This document shows, piece by piece, positions 10,503 through 19,201 of a stretch of 64,000 nucleotides of DNA. The stretch's first letter is position 1. Every line of letters begins with the position of its first letter. The notes under the pieces are model-generated. The model saw only the letters and a program-made list of their open reading frames with translations. It did no database searches and was not told where the DNA came from. This DNA comes from Pleurocapsa sp. (lineage in GTDB: Bacteria > Cyanobacteriota > Cyanobacteriia > Cyanobacteriales > Xenococcaceae): contig JBHJNW010000088.1 in the NCBI GenBank assembly GCA_050330395.1, positions 5,787-69,786 on the forward strand. The letters are read 5' to 3'. The translations under genes were made by a program, and so were the position numbers.

Positions 10503-11777
10503 TTACACTTTTACCAATTGATAGACTTTTTCAGCCACTTTCGCTAAACGCTGCATTGCTTCGGCTATTTCTAATTCTGTAGCAGTTAAACTGATCCTTA
10601 AACATTGTTGCTTATGCTGCCAATCTTCTTGTAATCCTGGGAAGAAAGTACTTCCAGGTACAGCAATTACCCCTACCTGCTTGAGTTGCTGATAAAATTC
10701 CCAATCTGTCATTGGCAGATCTTTAAGCCATAACCAAGCAAAGATCGCGCCTTCTCCTTGATGCAAAAACCAAGGAATATCTGGCATAGCTGCATCGAGG
10801 GTATTTTCCAATACTTTTATTTTACGTTGATAGTGAGGACGAATAATATTGGTGGCGATATCAGCTAGTTTACCAGATGAAATTGCTCTGGCTGCGATCG
10901 CCTGACCATATCGTGAAGAATGAATACAAGCATTGGTTTGAAAAGATTCTAAGATCTGAATCAATTGAGGATCGCCGATAGCAATACCAATTCTCTCTCC
11001 TGGTAATCCTGCTTTCGATAAGCTCATGCAGTGAATAACATTATCGCCAAACTGAGGAGTCATTTCAGTAAAGTTCAAGGCGGGAAAAGGTGGTGCATAA
11101 GCCGAATCAATCAATACGGGAACATCTTGTTTGGCAGCTAACGCAGCTATTTTCTTGACTTCCTCATCACTAATTACGTTTCCTGTCGGGTTGCAAGGAC
11201 GAGAAAAAATGACGCAGCCAGTTTGCTCATTTATTTGCAGTTGACTAAAATCAGGACGATATTTAAACCGATGTTTATCCTCGTCAATTTCCAATCTGGG
11301 TTTGTAGGCCAATAAAGCCTCTGGAGTTAGACTGACTCCGCCGTAACCCGTATAGTCGGGACTAAGAGGCAAGACTACCTGTCTTAATTCTCCTGATGCC
11401 GTGTAGCCACCAAAAGCATTGGCAGCATAAAGATACAGTGCCTGTGAACCGCCTGTGATTAAAATATGGCGATCGCTTAAATTTAAACCATAACGAGCAT
11501 TAAAATCTTGAACTACCGCCTCAATTAAAGGTGTATAACCCTGAGATGAACCATAACGACAGACTACTTCACCATATTCATCGCTAGCTAATAATTCTTG
11601 AGTACAGTCACGCCATAGCTGTTCGACTTCGGGCAAAATAACAGGATTACCTGCGCTAAGATTGATAAATTCTTTTCCTGCACTATTTCTCAGGGTTTCA
11701 ATAATGTCTTTCATAATTGCCCTAACTCCAGTTAGCTGAGACATCTGCGAACCAAATTGAGATAGAACAGGATTCAT
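10503..11777 (-). CDS. PLP-dependent aminotransferase, valine-pyruvate transaminase (AvtA)-like
   Basis: 424 aa. PLP-lysine context SLSKAGLPGERIG, motifs NPTGNV and EGAIFAWLWLKDLP, and end-to-end resemblance to AvtA as I recall it. Confidence 0.75.
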   Translation of the reverse strand: MNPVLSQFGSQMSQLTGVRAIMKDIIETLRNSAGKEFINLSAGNPVILPEVEQLWRDCTQELLASDEYGEVVCRYGSSQGYTPLIEAVVQDFNARYGLNLSDRHILITGGSQALYLYAANAFGGYTASGELRQVVLPLSPDYTGYGGVSLTPEALLAYKPRLEIDEDKHRFKYRPDFSQLQINEQTGCVIFSRPCNPTGNVISDEEVKKIAALAAKQDVPVLIDSAYAPPFPALNFTEMTPQFGDNVIHCMSLSKAGLPGERIGIAIGDPQLIQILESFQTNACIHSSRYGQAIAARAISSGKLADIATNIIRPHYQRKIKVLENTLDAAMPDIPWFLHQGEGAIFAWLWLKDLPMTDWEFYQQLKQVGVIAVPGSTFFPGLQEDWQHKQQCLRISLTATELEIAEAMQRLAKVAEKVYQLVKV

Positions 11778-12078
11778 AAGTACCGACCTAAAATAAGTAG
11801 AGAAAATAACCGCATGACGCTTATTCTAACGTGAGTTTGATGGTAGACAATCAAATAATTGAGCGATCGCGAAGGACTCAGCTAACCGAAGTGCCAAATT
11901 AAGGCGTACTCCTGCACCGCGTTGAAGAAACTGCACTACGTTGAGTTTCCTTTCTCTCCCCAAGCTACGAAAGATCGAACAGGGGTATTGATACAATTAT
12001 GTTTAAGTAACTCTGAGGGAAAAAGTATTGAACCAACAAAAATAATTGCAGTTGCCAAAATTTTCACTAAATACACTC

Positions 12079-12501
12079 ATGATTGATCAAACCACAAAAC
12101 AAGAAGAATGGGATGTTTGGCTTGACAGGCAAATTCAATGTTTGCGAGTCCATGAATTTGACAAGCTAGATTTAGCTAATGTGATCGAGGAGTTAGAAGA
12201 TTTGGGTAGAGAGCAGAGAAATGCTTGTAAAAGTTTTTGTCGTCAAATTATGGTTCATCTGTTACTAATTGATTATTGGCACGAACAAGCAGAAACTCGC
12301 AATCATTGGCAAGCTGAAATAGTAAATTTTCAAAGCGAATTACAAGACAGATTGACAACAAACTATAGAAAATATTTAACAGAAAATCTTCAGCTTATCT
12401 ACAAACAAAGCTTGAAAATTGTTGAATGCAAAACAGAATTAAGCGATCACTTTCCTGAAAACTGCCCCTATACAATTGAGCAGATAATTGAAGAAGATTA
12501 A
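12079..12501 (+). CDS. DUF29 family protein
   Basis: Helical protein of about 140 aa with the DUF29-like core NVIEELEDLGREQRNA, a family common in cyanobacteria. The internal ATG at 12079 is preferred over the TTG at 12046. Confidence 0.6.
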   Translation: MIDQTTKQEEWDVWLDRQIQCLRVHEFDKLDLANVIEELEDLGREQRNACKSFCRQIMVHLLLIDYWHEQAETRNHWQAEIVNFQSELQDRLTTNYRKYLTENLQLIYKQSLKIVECKTELSDHFPENCPYTIEQIIEED

Positions 12502-12544
12502 AGTTTATCTGGTGCAAGAGGCTATCAACTTGCTTTAATTAATC

Positions 12545-12725
12545 ATGGCTCAACTAAAATCTAAACCCTGCGATCGCTCTCTGCAATTTAGTCGATATTC
12601 GCTATCGTATTCAAGATCGAGAAGAAGGTGACTGGGTGTTAGTCTGTCCCGACTGTTGGCAACAAGTTAGCCAAAATAATCCTAATTATCGTTATGGTGG
12701 TACTTGGAAAGCAAAGAAAAAATAA
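12545..12725 (+). pseudogene. Small zinc-ribbon-like ORF (about 60 aa if intact) split by a frameshift at a (CT)3 run
   Basis: The ATG frame (MAQLKSKPCDRSL...) stops at 12629-12631. The +1 frame has no start codon but reads ...LCNLVDIRYRIQDREEGDWVLVCPDCWQQVSQNNPNYRYGGTWKAKKK to a stop at 12723-12725. The two halves of a C-x4-C...C-x2-C ribbon lie in different frames. Confidence 0.45.
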
Positions 12726-12950
12726 TCTGGCTTTAGCGGTTAGGCGAATATTGTTGAGAAATAATCTGACGGCTGCGATCTTTTAACTCATGGTTTTTAA
12801 TCGGTAGATGATACTAAAATTAATATTAAGACACTATATTATATTCAAGTCTTGGAATAGGTAATTTTGGACTTGGATGTTAATAGTTGAAGCCTTGCTA
12901 TACTGGGCATCATCAATTGTCAAATTTAACCAACTTAACTTAGCTAAAAT

Positions 12951-15680
12951 ATGCAGCCTACCGATCAAAGTAAGTTTACTGAACAAGCCTGGGATGCGAT
13001 CGTTAAATCTCAAGAAGTTGCCAAACTATTTCAGAATCAGAACTTAGAGGTAGAGCATTTAATCTTAGCGGCCTTAGAACAGGAGGGTTTGGCACTAGCT
13101 ATTTTAGATAAAGCCAATATTGATTCTCTGCGCTTCAAGCAGCAGTTAGAGATGTTCACCAAACGTCAGCCGAGGATTGGTTCGTCTCAACTATATTTAG
13201 GGCCTAGCTTAGATCGTATGCTAGATCGTGCAGAGGACTGTCGCTCAAGCTGGGGAGATAACTTTATCTCCATCGAACATATTCTGATGGGGTTTGCCGA
13301 AGACGCTCGGATTGGGAAGAAATCCCTTCGTAGTTTTAATGTTGACCCGCAAGATTTAGAAAAAGCCATCAGGTCAATCCGCGGTTCGCAGAAGGTAACC
13401 AAACAGAATCAAGAAGAACAGTATCAGGCATTAGAAAAGTATGGGCGAGATCTGACCGAACAGGCAACGGCGGGTAAATTAGACCCCGTGATCGGTCGCG
13501 ATGAAGAGATCCGTCGAGTAATTCAGGTGCTGTCTCGTCGTTCTAAAAACAACCCCGTGTTGATTGGTGAGCCTGGAGTTGGCAAAACGGCGATCGCCGA
13601 AGGATTAGCGCAACGCATTGTCAATGGCGATGTGCCTGAGTCTCTGAAAAACCGTCAGTTGATTTCTCTTGATATGGGTAGCCTAATTGCAGGAGCAAAA
13701 TATCGCGGAGAATTTGAAGAACGTTTACGGGCAGTTTTAAAAGAAGTAACCGAATCTAGCGGTCAAATAGTTTTATTTATTGATGAAGTCCATACCGTGG
13801 TCGGTGCAGGAGCAAAAGAAGGCTCTGGCTCAATGGACGCGGGCAACTTACTCAAGCCAATGCTCGCCCGCGGAGAATTGCGCTGTATCGGCGCGACAAC
13901 TCTCGATGAATATCGCAAAAATATTGAAAAAGATCCAGCCTTAGAAAGGCGTTTCCAGCAGGTGTACGTCAAGCAGCCTACCGTAGAAGATACTATTTCT
14001 ATTTTACGTGGCCTCAAAGAAAGATACGAGGTGCATCATGGCGTAACTATTACTGACTCGGCACTAGTAGCAGCAGCAACCCTGTCTCAACGCTACATTA
14101 CCGATCGCTTTTTACCTGATAAAGCGATCGATTTGATCGACGAGGCAGCCGCTAAGTTAAAAATGGAGATTACTTCTAAACCCAGCGAATTAGAAGACAT
14201 CGATCGCCGTATTATGCAGCTAGAGATGGAAAAAGTCTCTTTAACTGGCGAAAGTCAACGTCCAGGAATGCTTGCCGTAGATAGGGCAGCTAAAGAAAGA
14301 TTAAGCAAAATCAAAGCAGAAATTGAAACTTTAAAAGGTAAACAGGGAGGATTATCGGCTCAATGGCAATCAGAAAAGAGCTTATTAGACGAAATCAACG
14401 CTCTTAAAGAAGAAGAAGAAAAAGCACGACTCCAGTTAGATCAGGCTGAACGAGCTTTTGACCATGAAAAAGCTGCACAGTTAAAATATGGCAAGCTGGA
14501 AACTTTGCAGAGAGATTTGGAAGCCAAAGAAGCTCAACTAATTGATCTTCAATCCGAGGGAACAACTCTACTGAGAGAACAAGTAGGGGAATCTGATATC
14601 GCTGAAATTGTCGCTAACTGGACAGGAGTACCAATTAATCGTCTCCTAGAATCTGAAAAACAAAAGCTACTTCAACTAGAAGGACATCTCCATCAACGAG
14701 TTATCGGACAACAAGAGCCTGTGGCAGCAGTAGCAGCAGCTATACGTATGGCAAGAGCAGGCATGAGCGATCCTGGTCGACCTATCGGTTCATTTCTATT
14801 TATGGGACCGACAGGGGTTGGTAAAACTGAGTTAGCCAGAGCTCTAGCAGCTTTTCTCTTTGATAGCGAAGATGCAATGGTACGAATCGATATGTCCGAG
14901 TACATGGAGAAACATGCCGTATCTCGTTTAGTGGGTGCGCCTCCAGGATATATTGGCTTTGAGGAAGGAGGACAGTTAACCGAAGCGGTGCGCCGTCGTC
15001 CATACTGCGTGGTGTTATTGGATGAAGTAGAAAAAGCCCACAAGGATGTGTTTAATATTTTGCTTCAGGTGCTGGATGATGGCAGAATTACTGACTCTCA
15101 AGGGCGAGTAGTAGACTTTCGCAACGCCATTATTGTCATGACTAGCAATATTGGTAGTGAAAATATTCTTAACGTTAAGGGAGAAGACCAGGATTACGAA
15201 GAAATTTATAAGCAGGTAAACAAGGCTCTTCGGGGTCACTTCCGCCCTGAATTTCTCAACCGTATTGACGATCTAATTATCTTCCATGGCTTGAAAAAAG
15301 AAGAATTAAAAGAGATTGTTACTATTCAAATTCAAGGTATTCAACGTTTATTAAGTGAGCAAAAAATTACGATTGAACTTTCTCCAGCCGCTCAAGATCG
15401 TATTGTCACCATCGGCTACGATCCTGCTTATGGTGCGCGTCCGCTAAAACGGGCAATTAGACGGGAACTTCAAAATCCCATTGCCACGATGATTTTAGAT
15501 AATACGTTCACCGCAGGAGATAAAATTGTTGTAGATTGCGTGGGAGAAAAATTAACCTTTGACAAAGAAACTCCCCCAATCGTCATAGAAACAGCCCCGC
15601 CAGACCAAAACAAAAACTCGACCCAGAAAGCTGTTGCTAACAAAAAACAATTAACAGAAGTTGTTTCATCAGAAACATAA
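12951..15680 (+). CDS. clpB: ATP-dependent chaperone ClpB
   Basis: 909 aa. Clp N-domain, two AAA+ modules (Walker A GEPGVGKT and GPTGVGKT), a long coiled-coil middle domain, and a sensor motif GARPLKR. Confidence 0.95.
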   Translation: MQPTDQSKFTEQAWDAIVKSQEVAKLFQNQNLEVEHLILAALEQEGLALAILDKANIDSLRFKQQLEMFTKRQPRIGSSQLYLGPSLDRMLDRAEDCRSSWGDNFISIEHILMGFAEDARIGKKSLRSFNVDPQDLEKAIRSIRGSQKVTKQNQEEQYQALEKYGRDLTEQATAGKLDPVIGRDEEIRRVIQVLSRRSKNNPVLIGEPGVGKTAIAEGLAQRIVNGDVPESLKNRQLISLDMGSLIAGAKYRGEFEERLRAVLKEVTESSGQIVLFIDEVHTVVGAGAKEGSGSMDAGNLLKPMLARGELRCIGATTLDEYRKNIEKDPALERRFQQVYVKQPTVEDTISILRGLKERYEVHHGVTITDSALVAAATLSQRYITDRFLPDKAIDLIDEAAAKLKMEITSKPSELEDIDRRIMQLEMEKVSLTGESQRPGMLAVDRAAKERLSKIKAEIETLKGKQGGLSAQWQSEKSLLDEINALKEEEEKARLQLDQAERAFDHEKAAQLKYGKLETLQRDLEAKEAQLIDLQSEGTTLLREQVGESDIAEIVANWTGVPINRLLESEKQKLLQLEGHLHQRVIGQQEPVAAVAAAIRMARAGMSDPGRPIGSFLFMGPTGVGKTELARALAAFLFDSEDAMVRIDMSEYMEKHAVSRLVGAPPGYIGFEEGGQLTEAVRRRPYCVVLLDEVEKAHKDVFNILLQVLDDGRITDSQGRVVDFRNAIIVMTSNIGSENILNVKGEDQDYEEIYKQVNKALRGHFRPEFLNRIDDLIIFHGLKKEELKEIVTIQIQGIQRLLSEQKITIELSPAAQDRIVTIGYDPAYGARPLKRAIRRELQNPIATMILDNTFTAGDKIVVDCVGEKLTFDKETPPIVIETAPPDQNKNSTQKAVANKKQLTEVVSSET

Positions 15681-15851
15681 GTTGTTTTTAGTTGTTTAAG
15701 GAGTTGCCTAACCTTGAGTAGTAGCGGACAAAAATAAAATACCCCTTCAGCATTAGACAAAATACTGAAAAGGGATAGCAAAATCTTAACTGTGGTAAAA
15801 TAAAACTTTTAAGAGACAATTGTGTTACGGTAATAGGCTGGTCCGCTACTG

Positions 15852-17441
15852 CTACATAGTTCTATAAGTACGATAGTTAATATTGGGAAAAATATTATCG
15901 ATCGCTTCCACCTTTTCTAACCATCCAGAATCTACTTTGCCTACCAAAAGATCTTCGTGAATTTTGTTAAAGCGGAGTAAATGCGATCGGGTTCTGCGAA
16001 TTGCATAGGGAACCATGGTTCCTGTGCGCATAATAAACGCCCAATCAGAGGACTGCGCTAACAACAACTCCCTAGCTGCTTGATTTAAGGCTCTCCACTC
16101 TAGTTCATCAGCGGGTTCGCGATTTGCCAGCTTAATCATTCTTTCCGCTGCTTTATGTAGATGAGGATAAACCCAAGCGTTAGTCTCATTTAACCAATAT
16201 TCATGGAATCCTTTATAGCCCCAGCTAGATTGTGACGGATGACAAACTTGTTGAGCGGGCTGCTGCTGCAAATATTCCGACAGGTGTGTCATGTCGTAGG
16301 TATTTTGGTCGTACCAACTCTTGCGAAATAGAAAATCAATAAATTGGGGACCTTCATACCACCAATGACCAAATAATTCGGCATCATAAGGAGAAACTAC
16401 AATCGGCGGACGCTGCAACATGTCGTTTAGATGTTGAATTTGTCTTTCTCGATTGTACATAAAGTTACTGGCGTGTTCGGCAGCTTTTTCCCTTGCCCAA
16501 TAAGGATCGTAAAGACCTTTTTCTGACAATCCGCCATCCCGACTAGTAATTTTATGATATTTAATGCCCGTATTTTTGCGCTGACCATTAGGCATAATGT
16601 AGGGCTTAATATACTCATATTCAGCCTCCCAGCCTAGGTCTTTGTAAAATTCACGATATTCAACTGCACCAGGATATCCAACTTTGGAAGACCAAACTTG
16701 CTGCGAAGATTCGTGGTCGCGACCAAAAGCAGCAACTCCTGTTTCGGTAAAAATCGGGGCATAAGAGCCAAAACGGGGGCGAGGACGTGCATAAAGAATA
16801 CCGTGTCCATCAGTTAAGAAGTAGCGTAAGCCAGCATCAGCCAGCATTCTTTCCAAACCTTCGTAGTAGGCACATTCTGGTAGCCAAATTCCTTTGGGTG
16901 GACGACCAAAATTTTCCTCATAATGTTCGCAAGCAACCTTTATTTGTGACCAAACAGCTTGAGGATACATCTTCATCAAAGGAAGATAACCGTGAGTCGC
17001 ACCACAGGTAATAATGTCAAGGTTGCCGCTATCTAAAAATTGTTTGAAGCCAGCTACTAAATCTCGGCTGTAGCCCAACCAAGTTTTTCTGATTTGATTA
17101 AAAGAGTTAGCATAGTATTCAGCCAAATAGCGCATATGACCATTGTGTTGATGCCGTTCCAACTCTTTGTCAATTAATTCTTGTAGCTGAGTAAGATGAG
17201 CATCATAACGATCTTGCAGGAGTTCATCGCGTAGCATTGACACCAAAGGCGGTGTCATACTCATAGTCATTTTAAAATCGACCCCGTCCCGCTGCAAGTT
17301 TTCAAAGACCTGAAGCAAGGGAACATAGGTTTCAGTGATGGCTTCAAACAGCCATTCTTCTTCTAAAACAAAATCGCTTTCGGGATGTCGAACGAAAGGT
17401 AAGTGAGCGTGTAAGACGAGAGCAAGATAACCAAGAGCCAT
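15852..17441 (-). CDS. Glycoside hydrolase family 57 protein (1,4-alpha-glucan branching enzyme type)
   Basis: 529 aa. N-terminus GYLALVLHAHLPFVRHPE and a conserved WLPECAY segment, both typical of GH57 branching enzymes. Confidence 0.8.
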   Translation of the reverse strand: MALGYLALVLHAHLPFVRHPESDFVLEEEWLFEAITETYVPLLQVFENLQRDGVDFKMTMSMTPPLVSMLRDELLQDRYDAHLTQLQELIDKELERHQHNGHMRYLAEYYANSFNQIRKTWLGYSRDLVAGFKQFLDSGNLDIITCGATHGYLPLMKMYPQAVWSQIKVACEHYEENFGRPPKGIWLPECAYYEGLERMLADAGLRYFLTDGHGILYARPRPRFGSYAPIFTETGVAAFGRDHESSQQVWSSKVGYPGAVEYREFYKDLGWEAEYEYIKPYIMPNGQRKNTGIKYHKITSRDGGLSEKGLYDPYWAREKAAEHASNFMYNRERQIQHLNDMLQRPPIVVSPYDAELFGHWWYEGPQFIDFLFRKSWYDQNTYDMTHLSEYLQQQPAQQVCHPSQSSWGYKGFHEYWLNETNAWVYPHLHKAAERMIKLANREPADELEWRALNQAARELLLAQSSDWAFIMRTGTMVPYAIRRTRSHLLRFNKIHEDLLVGKVDSGWLEKVEAIDNIFPNINYRTYRTM

Positions 17442-17489
17442 GATAAAGTAATATTTCTAAAAATTTTCTGACCGCGAAAAACATTTTGA

Positions 17490-17720
17490 GGGTGTAATAC
17501 ATACGGGCAAAGCCTTGATGGGGTTATTTGCCCGATGTTGACCGCCCGCCGCCCGAATCAGGTAACAGCCCTTCGTCAACGCAAGCGCCATCGTCTATCT
17601 CAATCCTGCTTGACAGGGGACAAGTCCGCATCGCCAAGGGTTTTCCTTGGCGTTTGAGTGCGTAGCAGCTGATCTAACCACGCTGTTAGCGGACGCGGTG
17701 GTGTAACGTTGACCGAAATT
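17490..17720. other. GC-rich, ORF-poor intergenic patch. It is a candidate structured RNA or cis-regulatory leader of unassigned class and strand.
   Basis: Visibly GC-richer than the flanks. Hairpins include GGGCAAA...TTTGCCC (about 17504-17532) and CGCCAAGG-GTTTT-CCTTGGCG (17632-17652), the latter followed by TTTGAGTG on the + strand. GTTGAC/GTCAAC segments could pair in alternative ways. Confidence 0.3.
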
Positions 17721-17963
17721 AAGCAACTGAGGCAATCTGGGTAAATTTTATGATATCTTAATAGTGTCTTATAAGAAAGTTTGAGTTGTCGGAAAAATCT
17801 TTCCAACAGCCTAATTGGTGGCTAATAGCTACTTTCTAATCAACTAAATAAGCTACCAATATTGGCACAATTAAGTATTAAAAGGCAGTTTATTTAATCG
17901 CCATTTTGTTTATATTGAAGAGTTGAGGTAGCTTTTAGCGAACTTGTTGGGTTTTTAGATCTA

Positions 17964-19145
17964 GTGTTGCAATCCAATAAGCAATACCCTGATTACAACC
18001 AAAGTAATTCTGAGGAACTATTGCTTCAACTATTATTGTTTGTAGATAAACGCTCTTCTTCCGATGAGCAAGTTCAAGAAATTCAGGCTTACTTGGAGAG
18101 TTTACAATCTGATTACGCTTTTAAGTTAAATGTGGTTGAGATCGAAAAACAGCCTCATTTAGTAGAATTTCTGAAGCTGGTTGCCACTCCTGCTTTGGTT
18201 AAGATAGCTCCAGCGCCCCGACAGACTTTAGCGGGAAGCAATTTAATCAAGCAGTTAGAAAAATGGTGGCCTAAATGGAAGACCTTTTCAAAAGATTTAA
18301 AAGCAGCAAGCGAAAATGAACCTAATGGGCTAGAAGAATCAAATTACCCACTAGCTCAGCAAAGTTATTCTATTAAAGATATTGAACTATCTGACGAAAT
18401 ATTTAGCCTGAAGCGAGAAAAAGAAGAACTGGCTGCACAGTTACGGTTTAAAGATCAGATTCTGGCTATGTTGGCTCACGATTTGCGGACACCGCTGACA
18501 GCAGCTTCCATGGCAGTAGAAACTATTGAACTATCTGAGCAAAATGACCGCTTAGAAGCTAAAAAGCTTAAAGCTCTCAAACATAGGCTTTTTCGACAGG
18601 CAAAAAATCAATTCGGCATCATGAATAGCATGATTAGCGAATTATTACAAAATTCTCAGAGTGCGAATGCTAAGTTAGCAGTTAAGCCTAGAGAGTTAGA
18701 TTTACATGCCTTATTCCAAGAAGTAATTAGTCAGTTTGATGTCCGGCTAAAGCAGAAACTGATGACTTTTCAACAAGATATTCCTCAAGATCTTCCGCGA
18801 GTTTATGCTGATGAAGAGTTAATTCGTCAGTTAGTGGGCAACCTGCTTGACAATGCCATCAAATACACTCCCAAGCAAGGTAAGATTTCGTTATCCGTAT
18901 TGCACCGTACAAATCAAAAGGTTCAGGTCAGTATTTGTGATACAGGACCAGGAGTTCCCCCAGAGAAAAGAGAACGCATTTTTGAAGATAGCTTCCGTCT
19001 ACAGCGCGATCGCGAGTTAGAAGGCTATGGATTAGGGTTAGCCATGTGTTATCAGATAGTTTGCGCTCATTACGGTCAAATTTGGGTTGAAAGCTCTCCT
19101 GAATCAGGTAGCTGTTTTCAATTCACTTTGTTGGTATATAAATAA
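17964..19145 (+). CDS. sasA: Circadian output histidine kinase SasA (KaiB-like N-domain plus HisKA/HATPase)
   Basis: N-terminal KaiB/thioredoxin-like segment (LLLFVDKRSSSDEQVQ...ATPALVKI), H-box LAHDLRTPL, and G-boxes DTGPGV and GYGLGL. The start codon is GTG. Confidence 0.8.
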   Translation: MLQSNKQYPDYNQSNSEELLLQLLLFVDKRSSSDEQVQEIQAYLESLQSDYAFKLNVVEIEKQPHLVEFLKLVATPALVKIAPAPRQTLAGSNLIKQLEKWWPKWKTFSKDLKAASENEPNGLEESNYPLAQQSYSIKDIELSDEIFSLKREKEELAAQLRFKDQILAMLAHDLRTPLTAASMAVETIELSEQNDRLEAKKLKALKHRLFRQAKNQFGIMNSMISELLQNSQSANAKLAVKPRELDLHALFQEVISQFDVRLKQKLMTFQQDIPQDLPRVYADEELIRQLVGNLLDNAIKYTPKQGKISLSVLHRTNQKVQVSICDTGPGVPPEKRERIFEDSFRLQRDRELEGYGLGLAMCYQIVCAHYGQIWVESSPESGSCFQFTLLVYK

Positions 19146-19152
19146 TTAAATT

Positions 19153-19180
19153 ATTAGGGCAAATAGCTGTTTGCCCTAAT
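19153..19180. terminator. Bidirectional intrinsic terminator between convergent sasA and ppc
   Basis: 11-bp perfect stem ATTAGGGCAAA / TTTGCCCTAAT with a 6-nt loop. It is followed by TGTGTTTGG on the + strand and AT-rich sequence on the - strand. Confidence 0.7.
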
Positions 19181-19201
19181 TGTGTTTGGTAGCGGTCAAG
19201 C

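Noticed and set aside
14693-15043. ORFs of 60-116 aa lying antisense or out of frame inside long genes. Examples: 14693-15043 and 13763-14017 in clpB, 54826-55176 in atpD, 30324-30623 in cysS, 36402-36728 and 40332-40673 in the export operon, 27002-27229 in glmM, 1898-2080, 4181-4408, 32226-32492 and others.
   Set aside because: Each is fully embedded in a longer ORF with clear family motifs on the other strand or frame. Their translations are low-complexity or Ser/Arg/Cys-rich shadow products with no recognisable motifs.
15720-15850. 10-bp inverted repeat AGTAGCGGAC / GTCCGCTACT spanning 111 nt between clpB and the GH57 gene, which could be MITE termini or a long-range RNA stem.
   Set aside because: A 10-bp match at that spacing is within chance expectation. 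The right arm lies immediately beside the GH57 stop codon. The imperfect CCCTTCAG...CTGAAAAGGG hairpin inside it may be a weak terminator, but it is too degenerate to call.
17604-17715. 14-nt exact recurrences linking the GC-rich patch to other spacers: TGTAACGTTGACCG at 17702-17715 and 29447-29460, and CCTGTCAAGCAGGA at 26310-26323 with its reverse complement at 17604-17617. GTTGACC-like words also occur at 42431 and 17537.
   Set aside because: A back-of-envelope estimate (about 4e9 position pairs times 4^-14) predicts on the order of ten chance 14-mer matches in a 64-kb window. These matches are therefore not evidence for a dispersed repeat family without a genome-wide count.
17490-17720. 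I tested the GC-rich patch by eye against TPP (CUGAGA...ACCUGAUCUGG), cobalamin (B12 box), GEMM-I, glutamine, RNase P (GGAAAGUCCGGGCU), SRP, tmRNA and 6S RNA.
   Set aside because: Only fragmentary resemblances were found (for example ACCTGATTCGGGC and GGGCAAAGCC). No consensus core is present, so no class is assigned.
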